The position numbers and the translations under genes were made by a program. A stretch of DNA of 64,000 bases from an uncultured Candidatus Rokubacteria bacterium (GTDB lineage: Bacteria; Methylomirabilota; Methylomirabilia; Rokubacteriales; DASRDR01): assembly GCA_963805625.1 (NCBI GenBank), contig CAWDVE010000019.1:1-64000 (forward strand). The letters are read 5' to 3'. The notes beneath the pieces are model-generated. The model had not been told where the DNA came from. It saw only the letters and a list, made by a program, of their open reading frames with translations, and did not search any database. Shown here piece after piece: positions 20,218-29,153 of the stretch. The stretch's first letter is position 1, and every line of letters begins with the position of its first letter.

Positions 20218-21303
20218 ATGTTCAAGATGGCGATCCGTGGCCTCGGGCGAGATTTCGGTGCGGTGGCCGCCGTGCGGGATTTCACGCTCGACATCTCGGC
20301 GGGGGAGTTCGTCTCGCTGCTCGGACCGTCCGGCTGCGGCAAGACCACGATGCTGCGGATGATCGCTGGCTTCTTCGCGCCGAGCCGCGGCACGATCGAG
20401 ATGAACGGGCAGACCGTGTCGTCGCCGTCGTTCTGCGTACCGCCGGAGCGACGGAACATGTCGATGATCTTCCAGAGCTATGCGATCTGGCCGAACATGA
20501 GCGTGTTCGAGAACGTCGCGTTCGGCCTGAAGCTGCGTCGATTGCCGCGCGCGGAGATCGACCGGCGAGTGCGCGAGATTCTGGAGGTCGTGCAACTCTC
20601 GGAGTTGGCGGCCCGGTATCCCGCCGAACTCAGCGGGGGTCAGCAGCAGCGCGTGGCGCTCGCGCGAGCCATCGTGATCCGGCCGGAGGTTCTCCTGCTG
20701 GACGAGCCGCTGTCGAATCTGGACGCGAACCTGCGCGACGAGATGCGGCTGGAGATCCGTCGCATCCACGATCGGTTCGAGATGACGACGATCTACGTGA
20801 CGCACGACCAGGCGGAGGCCATGGTGACGTCCGACCGGATCGTCGTGATGAACGCGGGGCAGATCGAGCAGGTCGACACGCCGTACCGGCTCTACAACGC
20901 GCCGCGCAGGCTGTTCGTCGCGAGCTTCATCGGTCGGACGAATTTCATCCGCGGCAAGCGGAACGGGACGGAGGTCGATTTCGGCGGCTTCACCATGCCG
21001 ACCGCTGTGTTGGCGGGCACCGAGAGCGCGTCCGTGGAGCCGCTGTTCTCGGTCCGTCCGCAGTGCATCGACATCGTGCGGCGGGCGCCACAGGAGGGGC
21101 GGGGGAGCCGGCGCTGGATCAGCGGCAAGGTCGTCGAGCGCGCCTACTTCGGCGACCGCTGGGACTACACCGTCGACGCAGGCGGTATGACCATCGTCGT
21201 GTCGCGGGAGCCGAGGGAGCAGTTCGAGCGCGGCGAGATCGTGTGGATCGGGCTCGACCCCGCCGACCTGTCGCTGATTTCCGAATCCGATGTGACTTCG
21301 TAG
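20218..21303 (+). CDS. ABC ATP-binding protein with TOBE domain
   Basis: GPSGCGKT, LSGGQQQR, LLLDEP, VTHD. Confidence 0.95.
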   Translation: MFKMAIRGLGRDFGAVAAVRDFTLDISAGEFVSLLGPSGCGKTTMLRMIAGFFAPSRGTIEMNGQTVSSPSFCVPPERRNMSMIFQSYAIWPNMSVFENVAFGLKLRRLPRAEIDRRVREILEVVQLSELAARYPAELSGGQQQRVALARAIVIRPEVLLLDEPLSNLDANLRDEMRLEIRRIHDRFEMTTIYVTHDQAEAMVTSDRIVVMNAGQIEQVDTPYRLYNAPRRLFVASFIGRTNFIRGKRNGTEVDFGGFTMPTAVLAGTESASVEPLFSVRPQCIDIVRRAPQEGRGSRRWISGKVVERAYFGDRWDYTVDAGGMTIVVSREPREQFERGEIVWIGLDPADLSLISESDVTS

Positions 21304-21342
21304 TCGGCGCCCACGGCGCTCGACGGGAGGGAAGGGCATTCG

Positions 21343-22332
21343 ATGCGCAGGATCGTCGTGCCGAGGCTCGGTGGCCCCGAGGTGCTGACCATGGTGGAGG
21401 GTGACAAGCCCCCCATGGGCTCGGACCAGGTCCTGGTCAAGCTGCGGTACGCCACGATCACGTATGGCGATGTCTACTTGCGCGAAGGGACCTATCGCGG
21501 CGGCGCGCCGCTCGAGCCCGGAGAGGGTCCGTTGCGGATCGGCGGGGAAGGGGCGGGCATCGCGGAAGCGGTCGGTGCCAACGTGAAGCACGTGAAGGAA
21601 GGCGATCCCGTCATCTTCGAGGGTCCCGGCAGCTATGCGGAGTACGCGGCACCGCACGGCGTCCGTGTCATCACGGTGCCGACGGAGATCTCGCTGCAGG
21701 ACGCAGCCTCCTCGCTGTCGCAAGCTGGAACGGCGCATTACCTGACCCACGATACGGTGAGGCTCGAGCCCGGGATGTCATGCCTGATTCATGCGGCGGC
21801 CGGGGGCGTCGGTCACGTCTTGCTCCAGTTCGCGAAGGTGCGCGGCGCGCAGGTGCTGGCTACCGTGGGCAGCGACGAGAAGGCGAGGTTCGTCCGGGGC
21901 CTGGGGGCGGATCGGGTGATCCTCTACGACCGGGAGGACTTCCTGGCCGCCGTTAGGGCGTGGGGCGACGGCAACGGGCTCGACGCGGTCTACGATTCCG
22001 TCGGCAAGACGACCATCAAGAAGAGCATCCAGGCGGTGCGGCACCGGGGCACGTGCGTCCTCTACGGCAACAGCTCCGGCCTGGTCGAGTCGATCGCGCC
22101 GATGGAGCTGTCGGCAACCGGCTCGATCTACTTCACGCGTCCGCGGCTGGCGCACCACCTGAGGACGCGCGAGGACCTGGTGCGCCGGACCGACGACATC
22201 TTCGCGGCCATGCGCGCCGGGAGACTGAAGATCGCCCTGGCGCGGACCTTTCCGCTCGAGCAGGCGAGTCAGGCGCACCGGCTGCTCCAGTCGCGCGCCA
22301 CCATCGGCAAGATATTGCTGTCCATGGACTGA
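21343..22332 (+). CDS. NADPH:quinone oxidoreductase (MDR family)
   Basis: GGPEVL, HAAAGGVG, VYDSVG, GKILL. Confidence 0.92.
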   Translation: MRRIVVPRLGGPEVLTMVEGDKPPMGSDQVLVKLRYATITYGDVYLREGTYRGGAPLEPGEGPLRIGGEGAGIAEAVGANVKHVKEGDPVIFEGPGSYAEYAAPHGVRVITVPTEISLQDAASSLSQAGTAHYLTHDTVRLEPGMSCLIHAAAGGVGHVLLQFAKVRGAQVLATVGSDEKARFVRGLGADRVILYDREDFLAAVRAWGDGNGLDAVYDSVGKTTIKKSIQAVRHRGTCVLYGNSSGLVESIAPMELSATGSIYFTRPRLAHHLRTREDLVRRTDDIFAAMRAGRLKIALARTFPLEQASQAHRLLQSRATIGKILLSMD

Positions 22333-22394
22333 TCGAACCGACCTTCCACGCCGGGCCATGGCACCGGGCTCCGCCCGCGTCGTGCGCAGCTGGA

Positions 22395-22570
22395 ATGGGC
22401 GAATCGACTGGAAGCATGAAAGACCGCCTGGCCCGGGCCGTCATCGAAGGTGCCGCGGCCGACGGCCGGCTTCCACCGGGCGGGACCGTCGTTGAGGCGA
22501 GCGACGTCGATCTGATGGTGGTCCGTGACCGGCTGAGTGTTTCCGATCTCCTCGGGGCCCTGGAGCAGGG
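22395..22570 (+). pseudogene. Cysteine synthase remnant joined to a nucleotidyltransferase-like remnant
   Basis: TGSMKDRLA...GGTVVEAS running directly into DVDLMVV...DLLGALE. Confidence 0.55.
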
Positions 22571-22782
22571 TCAGTGTGGCGCAACGCTTCGTGATCGTTG
22601 GCGCCACCGTCGCGGGCGCCCGAAGAGCGGCTTCGTCCCAGCACCGCGATGCTCTCGGCCCACCCCGTGCCCATGCACGTGATTGATTCGGCCGATTGTC
22701 CCGTGTGCTCGCTTGGGCTAGGCTTCTCGTGCCACGCTGTCATGTTGCGACGATCGAGATCGACCACAGACAGGAGGAGTCG

Positions 22783-24339
22783 ATGAAGACACTTCGTGAA
22801 TCGCTGGCGATGGGGGCGATGGGGCTGGGGCTCGCCCTCGCGCTAGTGACGCCCGTGCTTGCCCAGAAGAAGGGCGGCGACTTGATCGTGGCCCAGCCAG
22901 CCGGCACGAACACGCTCGATCCGCACTTTACGGCCTCGGCCGCAGCCCGGAACATGATGCTCGGGATGTACGAGACCCTGGTCACGATCGATGAGAACGC
23001 ATCGCCCATCCCGCTCCTGGCCGCGAAGTGGGACGTTCTGGACAACGGCCTGACCTACCGCTTCGAGTTGCGCCGAGGCGTGAAGTTCCACAACGGGAAG
23101 GAGATGACTTCGGCCGACGTCAAGGCCTCCCTCGAGCGCTTCGGACGCGTCAGCCCCGAGAAGCAGACGATGGCCCAGGTGGCCTCCGTCGAGGCGACCA
23201 GTCCGTACGTGGTCGTGATCCGGATGAAGCAGATCGACACTGCCTTCATCGATCGGCTCGCGTCGCCTGCCTCGCCGACCACCATCATCCCGGCGGAGGA
23301 GGCGGCGAAGGAGGTCAACAAGACGGCCAACATCTCGACCGGCCCCTACCAGTTCGTGGAGTGGGTACCGGATTCCCACGTGAAGCTCAAGCGCTTCGAC
23401 GGATACGTTCCGAGTCCGGCACCCGCCGGCCGGGACGGCCTCGGCGGGCACAAGACGGCGTACTTCGACACCATCACCATCCGCATCATCAGGGAGGCGA
23501 GCGCGCGGGTGGCTGCGCTCGAGTCGGGTCAGGTGCACTTCGTGGAGGAAGTCCCCATCCCGGCCGCGAAGCGGCTGGAGGGGAACGCGAAAGTCAAGCT
23601 GGTCGATCTCCTGCCGTTCTCGCAGCCGCTCATCTACGTCAACACGAGCCTGGCTCCCACTAGCAACCTGAAGTTTCGCCAGGCGATCCAGGCTGCCCTC
23701 GACATCGACGAGATCCTCTCCGCCGCGACTGATGGCTTCTACCAGCTCAACCCGGGCTGGGTCTACCCGAACAGCGCGTACTACGTGGCGGAGGCCGGGC
23801 GCGCCCTCTACAACCAGAAGGACCTGAACAAGGCGAAGGCGCTTCTCGCGGATTCCGGCTACAAAGGCGAGCCGCTCGTGTTGATGACCAACAAGGACTA
23901 TCAGTACATGTTCAAGTCGGCGGTGGTGGCCTCCGAGCAGCTGAAGGCGCTGGGGATCAACGTCAAGCTGGACGTCCTGGACTGGCCGACGATGGCGGCC
24001 AAGGCTCTCACGTCGGAGGGCTGGAACCTCGCCACTTCGGGCTTCGCCATCCAACCCTTCGTCGGCCCGTACAGCTTCCTCAAGCTCTTCTGGGGACCGG
24101 CCCACGTCGGGCGCGTGACGAACGATCCGGTGCTCGACCAGGCCTGGACGAAGTTCAACACCTCGCTCAAGCAGGCCGATCGTAAGGACGCCTGGGCTCA
24201 GATCCAGCAGCGCATGGCCGATCAGGTCTACATCCTGAAGCTTGGTGACCAGGGCATCAAGCTCGGTATGGTGAAGACCCTCGCCGGCTTCAAGCCGTAC
24301 CAGGGGGCACACCGATTCTGGAACGTGTGGCTCGAATGA
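22783..24339 (+). CDS. Peptide/nickel ABC substrate-binding protein (family 5)
   Basis: Signal peptide, TLDPH, LRRGVKFHNG, TGPYQF; AGGAGG RBS. Confidence 0.93.
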   Translation: MKTLRESLAMGAMGLGLALALVTPVLAQKKGGDLIVAQPAGTNTLDPHFTASAAARNMMLGMYETLVTIDENASPIPLLAAKWDVLDNGLTYRFELRRGVKFHNGKEMTSADVKASLERFGRVSPEKQTMAQVASVEATSPYVVVIRMKQIDTAFIDRLASPASPTTIIPAEEAAKEVNKTANISTGPYQFVEWVPDSHVKLKRFDGYVPSPAPAGRDGLGGHKTAYFDTITIRIIREASARVAALESGQVHFVEEVPIPAAKRLEGNAKVKLVDLLPFSQPLIYVNTSLAPTSNLKFRQAIQAALDIDEILSAATDGFYQLNPGWVYPNSAYYVAEAGRALYNQKDLNKAKALLADSGYKGEPLVLMTNKDYQYMFKSAVVASEQLKALGINVKLDVLDWPTMAAKALTSEGWNLATSGFAIQPFVGPYSFLKLFWGPAHVGRVTNDPVLDQAWTKFNTSLKQADRKDAWAQIQQRMADQVYILKLGDQGIKLGMVKTLAGFKPYQGAHRFWNVWLE

Positions 24340-24375
24340 CCGGGCGCTAGGCGCCCGGCACCGCGGCGGCCGGCG

Positions 24376-25320
24376 ATGGGGCGTTACGTCGCTCGCCGCC
24401 TCGGTGCGACCGTCCTCGTCCTGTTCCTCGTCACCCTCATCTCGTTCAGCATCATGCACATGGTGCCGGGCGATCCGGCGGTCGTGATGGCGGGGGTCGG
24501 CGCGTCGGCCGACCAGGTCCAGCGGATCCGCGAGCAGTTCGGCCTCGACGCTCCGTTCCTGGTACGGCTCGGGCGCTGGTACGCGGGGCTCCTCCGCGGT
24601 GACCTCGGCCAGTCCATCCTGCTTGGCCGGAGCGTCGCCCAGGCGATCGCCGAGCGGCTCCCTGCCACGCTCGCCCTCGCTGCCTTCGCCTTCGTCCTGA
24701 CCGCCGTTCTCGGCGTCGTCCTCGGGACCTTCGCCGCCGTCCGCCAGCACACCTGGGTCGACCAGGCCGTGATGACGGTCGCCGTAGTCGGCGTCTCGTT
24801 GCCCGGGTTCTGGCTCGGGCTCATCCTGATCATCCTTTTCTCGGTAATGCTCGACTGGTTGCCCGCCGGGGGCTACGTCCCTTTCGCCCAGGGTCCCGGC
24901 GCCTGGCTCCGGGCACTCGTCCTGCCCGGGGCGTCGCTCGCGCTGCTCCAGATCGGGCTCCTCGCCCGCATCACCCGCTCGACGGTGGCGGAGACGCTCC
25001 GCCAAGACTACGTTCGCACCGCGCGAGCCAAGGGGCTTCCGGCCTGGTGGGTCGTGGGCCGTCACGCGCTCGGGAACGCCACGATCCCGATCATGACCGT
25101 CCTCGGGATCAGCGTGAGCCTTCTCCTCTCGGGGTCGGTTGTGGTCGAGACCGTGTTTTCGATCCCCGGGCTGGGCCGTCTCATGGCCACCGCGATCCTG
25201 GCGCGTGACTACCCGGTGATCCAGGGCGGGTTGCTCGTCACGGCCCTGATGTTTGTGGGGATCAACCTCGCGGTCGACCTCCTCTACGCCTGGCTCGACC
25301 CGCGTATCCGCTATGATTGA
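24376..25320 (+). CDS. DppB/OppB-type permease
   Basis: PGDPA, DYVRTARAKGL, RDYPVIQG, DPRIRY. Confidence 0.95.
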   Translation: MGRYVARRLGATVLVLFLVTLISFSIMHMVPGDPAVVMAGVGASADQVQRIREQFGLDAPFLVRLGRWYAGLLRGDLGQSILLGRSVAQAIAERLPATLALAAFAFVLTAVLGVVLGTFAAVRQHTWVDQAVMTVAVVGVSLPGFWLGLILIILFSVMLDWLPAGGYVPFAQGPGAWLRALVLPGASLALLQIGLLARITRSTVAETLRQDYVRTARAKGLPAWWVVGRHALGNATIPIMTVLGISVSLLLSGSVVVETVFSIPGLGRLMATAILARDYPVIQGGLLVTALMFVGINLAVDLLYAWLDPRIRYD

Positions 25321-26197
25321 CACGCTCACTCTCGGCGCGCCGGCGCCGGATCGGCGCGTGTGGCACCGCGGGTGGCGCGCGATCACCGGCCACCACGCGC
25401 TCTTCGTCGGGCTGGTCCTCTGCCTCGGCGTCGCCATGGTGGCCTGCCTCGCCGATGTGATCCAGCTCCAGGCGCCGGAGCGAATGCGAATCAAGGACGC
25501 CTTCGCCTCCCCCGGACGCGTCCATCCCTTCGGGGCGGACAATTTGGGCCGCGACGTCTACAGCCGGGTCGTCCACGGATCCCGCATCTCGCTCGGGATC
25601 GGGTTCGCAACGGTCGTGCTGACCGGGCTCGCCGGCACCGTACTCGGGTGCGTGTCCGGCTACTTCCGTCGGTGGGACGAGCTACTGATGCGGACGATGG
25701 ACGCGCTGCTGGCATTCCCCGCCATCCTGCTCGCCGTCGCGATCACGGCCGCCCTCGGGCCGTCGGCGGTCAACGCCGTCATCGCGTTGACTGCCGTCTA
25801 CACACCGCGCACGGCGCGCATCGCCCGCGCCTCGGTCCTGGTCGCCCGGGAGATGGAATACGTGCAGGCCGCCCGAGCCGTCGGGGCCGGCGCGGGCCGC
25901 GTCCTGGCTATCCACGTCCTCCCGAACTGCCTGACCCCGTTGATCGTTCAGTTGACGTTCGTGTTTGCCTACGCCGTGCTGGCCGAGGCGGCGCTGTCAT
26001 TCCTCGGCATGGGGCCGCCGCCTCCGATGCCGACCTGGGGCAACGTCATTGCCGAGGGCCGCGACTACCTGCGTGAGGCGCCGTGGATCTGCCTGTTTCC
26101 CGGGGCCGCGATCTCGGTGACCGTTCTCGGTCTCAACCTCCTCGGCGATGGGCTCCGCGACGCGCTGGATCCCCAGACCCGTCTGGAAGACAGCTGA
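25313..26197 (+). CDS. DppC/OppC-type permease
   Basis: HPFGADNLGRD, EYVQAARAVGA, GDGLRDALDP. Confidence 0.95.
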   Translation: MIDTLTLGAPAPDRRVWHRGWRAITGHHALFVGLVLCLGVAMVACLADVIQLQAPERMRIKDAFASPGRVHPFGADNLGRDVYSRVVHGSRISLGIGFATVVLTGLAGTVLGCVSGYFRRWDELLMRTMDALLAFPAILLAVAITAALGPSAVNAVIALTAVYTPRTARIARASVLVAREMEYVQAARAVGAGAGRVLAIHVLPNCLTPLIVQLTFVFAYAVLAEAALSFLGMGPPPPMPTWGNVIAEGRDYLREAPWICLFPGAAISVTVLGLNLLGDGLRDALDPQTRLEDS

Positions 26198-26544
26198 GGC
26201 GGCACGCGGTCCGGACTGGCATCTAACGGGGACGATACGAGAGCCTCGAGGGGCCGCCGCGCTACGAGCTGGAGGAGCGGGTCGATGCGGGCGACCGCGC
26301 TTCTCCCAGGTCCGCCGCCAAAGGCGTTCGGAGCGGGGAGGAGCTCGGGTCCCTACGGGCCGCCCTCGGTCGGCCACCCCTCTTGAGGGGCGAGTACTCG
26401 AAGGCCCCGATGTCGCACCGCGCGTCGCCATCCAGATCGCCGTGGATCGTGCCGGAGGACCCCGCGCTGATCGACGGGCTCACAACCGGGTAAATGGAAG
26501 GCACAGGCTCTCGAGGGCGCTCAAGGGTCAGCAGAAGCCGGCCC

Positions 26545-27918
26545 TCAGCCGCGGGCCACTCTCACCATCGCGGCGAGACTCCGCTCGACGTCGTCATCGG
26601 TCGTGGCCCACGACGAGACACTTATCCGCATCGCCGTGCGGCCCTCCCAGACCGTTCCGCCGCACCAGCAGGTCCCCTCCCGCTGGATGCCTTCGATCAC
26701 CTGCCGGGTGCGCTCGTCGCTTCCGAAGGAGACCAGCACCTGATTCAGGTTGACTTCATTGAGAATTGCAAAGCCGGCCTCCGCGAGTCCCTCGGCGAAT
26801 CGACGCGCGTGCCGGCAGGTCCGCTCGATCAGCTCGGCCAACCCCCGGCGGCCTAACGAGCGGAGGGCGGCCCAGACCTCGATGCCCCGCGCCCGGCGCG
26901 AGCCGCCCGGCGTCCAGTGCATCGGCTCCCGCCCGGCGCCGGGAGTGAGATAGGCCGCCTGCATCTGCATCGCGCTCCGCAGGGCGTTCCCGTCGCGCAC
27001 GATGGCGAGCCCGCAGTCGTAGGGAACGTTGAGCCACTTGTGTGCGTCGGTGGCCCAGGAGTGTGCGTCAGCGACGCCGCGCAGGGCGGCGCGAAGGTGG
27101 GGCGACGCAGCTGCCCAGAGCCCGAATGCCCCGTCTACGTGCACCCAGCTGCCGGCGCGCGCAGCCACCGCGCAGATCTCCTCCATTGGATCGAACGCGC
27201 CGGTGTTCACGTTCCCGGCCTGGGCGCAGACGATGGTCATGGAGTCAAGTGTGGGGAGCAGCTCTGCGCGCATGCGACCCTCGTCGTCGGCCGGCACCAC
27301 GGTCACCCGTTCGCGGCCCAGGCCCAACAGCGCGAGCGCTTTGAGTGCCGAAACGTGGACCTCTTCGCCCACCACCACGGAAATGACCGGCGCGCCGAAG
27401 AGGCCATGGGTTTCGACGTCCCAGCCGGCGCGCTCCAGCAAGGCGTGACGCGCGGCCGCGAGGCAGCAGAAGTTGGCCTCGGTGGCGCAGCTGTCGAATC
27501 CGGCGCCGCTCTCCGGTGGCAGGCCGAGCAGATCGAGGATCCAGCCGAGAGCGATGTCCTCGAGAGCGGCCCCGGCGGGCGACATCACCCGGAGTGCGGC
27601 ATTCTGATCCCACGCCGCGGCGAGCACGTTGGCGGCGCGGGCGGCGGGCAGGGCGCCCCCGTTCACGAAACCGAAGTAGCGGCCGCCGGCATTTGCCACC
27701 CCGGCAGGCGAGCCGATACGGTCGAGCAACTCGAGGACGCGGGCAGGATCGTCCCCGCGCTCAGGCAACGGGCCGCCCAGCTCAGCGAGCCGGGCGATGG
27801 TCTCAGGCGTCGGGGCAACCCGCCGGTCGCGAATGCCGTCGAGGTAGATCGCGCCGCGGTTAGCGGCGTCGAGGAAGAGGGCGCGCTCGGTTGCCGCATC
27901 AGGTTGTGAGAGGCTCAC
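26545..27918 (-). CDS. Group II PLP-dependent amino acid decarboxylase
   Basis: HVDGAFG, DAHKWLNVPYDCG, RISVSSW. Confidence 0.92.
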   Translation of the reverse strand: MSLSQPDAATERALFLDAANRGAIYLDGIRDRRVAPTPETIARLAELGGPLPERGDDPARVLELLDRIGSPAGVANAGGRYFGFVNGGALPAARAANVLAAAWDQNAALRVMSPAGAALEDIALGWILDLLGLPPESGAGFDSCATEANFCCLAAARHALLERAGWDVETHGLFGAPVISVVVGEEVHVSALKALALLGLGRERVTVVPADDEGRMRAELLPTLDSMTIVCAQAGNVNTGAFDPMEEICAVAARAGSWVHVDGAFGLWAAASPHLRAALRGVADAHSWATDAHKWLNVPYDCGLAIVRDGNALRSAMQMQAAYLTPGAGREPMHWTPGGSRRARGIEVWAALRSLGRRGLAELIERTCRHARRFAEGLAEAGFAILNEVNLNQVLVSFGSDERTRQVIEGIQREGTCWCGGTVWEGRTAMRISVSSWATTDDDVERSLAAMVRVARG

Positions 27919-28002
27919 GATGTCCCCGGTTCAGAAACGAAAGAAGTTGGCGGCCGGCGGCACAGGGCTCCATTGCGGCAACGGAACCGCGGACAAAATA
28001 TT

Positions 28003-28112
28003 AGCCCCGTCGGCGCCGTCGCGACGATCCCCCGCGTCACCCGACGGCCCTGCGCGTCCTCGATGTACCCGTGCGTTGATTTCCGCGAGACGTCCAGCCC
28101 ACAGTAGTGCAT
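28003..28112 (-). mobile_element. IS110 recombinase N-terminal remnant
   Basis: MHYCGLDVSRKSTHGYIED with AGGAGG RBS; ends after about 36 codons. Confidence 0.75.
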
Positions 28113-28259
28113 GCCAACCTCCTGGTGGTGAGCGGTTCGCGATCGCGTCCCCAACTCACTGAGACGCTATCGCAATCCGCCCGGGGGTTGGCACCCTTCA
28201 TAGCTTCTTTTCGGCCGTTTCGTCCGTTTCTCCCAAGGGGGCTGGCGGACAAAGTCAGC

Positions 28260-28310
28260 CCTGACCCACTCGACCTCGATGGTGCGCGGTCGGCGCGGGC
28301 GGTGTCAAGG
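28260..28310 (+). repeat. Dispersed ~50-bp repeat, copy 1
   Basis: CCTGACCCACT..GATGGTGCGCGG.CGGCGCGGGCGGTGTCA.GG, also at 31071-31120. Confidence 0.75.
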
Positions 28311-28324
28311 CGGCACCGGGCGGC

Positions 28325-28430
28325 ACCCGTGATCCATTACGAGCTCGAGATCCAAGACGCCATGGTAGAAAACCTCGGCCTTCACGAGCTCAGAAGTCTG
28401 GATATTGGCAACAATTCGATGGACTTTCAT
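28325..28430 (-). pseudogene. VOC/glyoxalase N-terminal remnant
   Basis: MKVHRIVANI...FYHGVLDLELVMDHG, cut off beside the repeat. Confidence 0.65.
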
Positions 28431-28604
28431 CAGCGATCCTCCCGAGCTCGTCTTGTGCGGCCTAACGCTCGCGATCAGCGGCCAGGCAACAGGGGGCGGA
28501 AGCCCGGCGTATAGCCCGCGTGTTGGCACGCGACGCGACGTGGTCCGGCGCAACGGCCCGCGAGAGGATTTGCGCGCCGTCGGCTTTCTCGGTGTCTGTG
28601 TCCG

Positions 28605-29049
28605 TTGCCCAGGCGCTCGACGAGGTGAAGCAGCAGGTCTTTGCCGACCGGACGCTGGTGGAGCCCGCGCGGCACTTTGCCAACGAGATGACCCGCGCCG
28701 GGCAGCCGGCCTGGCTCTACCGCTTCGCCTATGTCTCCGAATCCCAGCGCGGCCAGAACATGGGCACGCTGCACGGCTTCGAGATCCCCTTCGCCATGAA
28801 CATCCTGGCGGCCCTGGTGAGAGACAAGGTGACGTCGACCGACAAGGCCATGGGCGATCTGGTGAGCGCCTACTGGGTGGCCTTCGGGCTGACCGGCGAC
28901 CCCAACGGCAGCGGTCGGCCGTCTGGCCGCGACACGACCCGGCGGTCGATCGACTGCTCCAGTTCACTAATTCTGGCGTCATCGTCGGTACCGTTCCCTT
29001 GAAGCCTCGGCTTGATCTCTGGCAACGCGTCTGGAGCCGCGGACGGTAG
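28605..29049 (+). pseudogene. Type-B carboxylesterase C-terminal remnant
   Basis: WLYRF, HGFEIPF, YWVAFGLTGDPNG, then frameshifted WPRHD. Confidence 0.75.
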
Positions 29050-29153
29050 GGCGCAATCCAGAAACATGGGAATGCGAACCAGGATGAACGACCTGACTCG
29101 GGCCGGGTCAATCGCATCCGGAGTGCGGCCGCCCCGCCTGATACACTTGAGTC

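Noticed and set aside
22843-25542. 899-aa minus-strand ORF, and similar long ORFs at 17720-19423, 19855-21750, 51978-53693 and 59011-61332
   Set aside because: Antisense shadows of well-supported genes in high-GC DNA; no recognisable motifs.
26385-26500. Minus-strand DLDGDARCDIGAFEY segment
   Set aside because: It resembles the tail of a secreted beta-helix protein but is too short to call as a gene.
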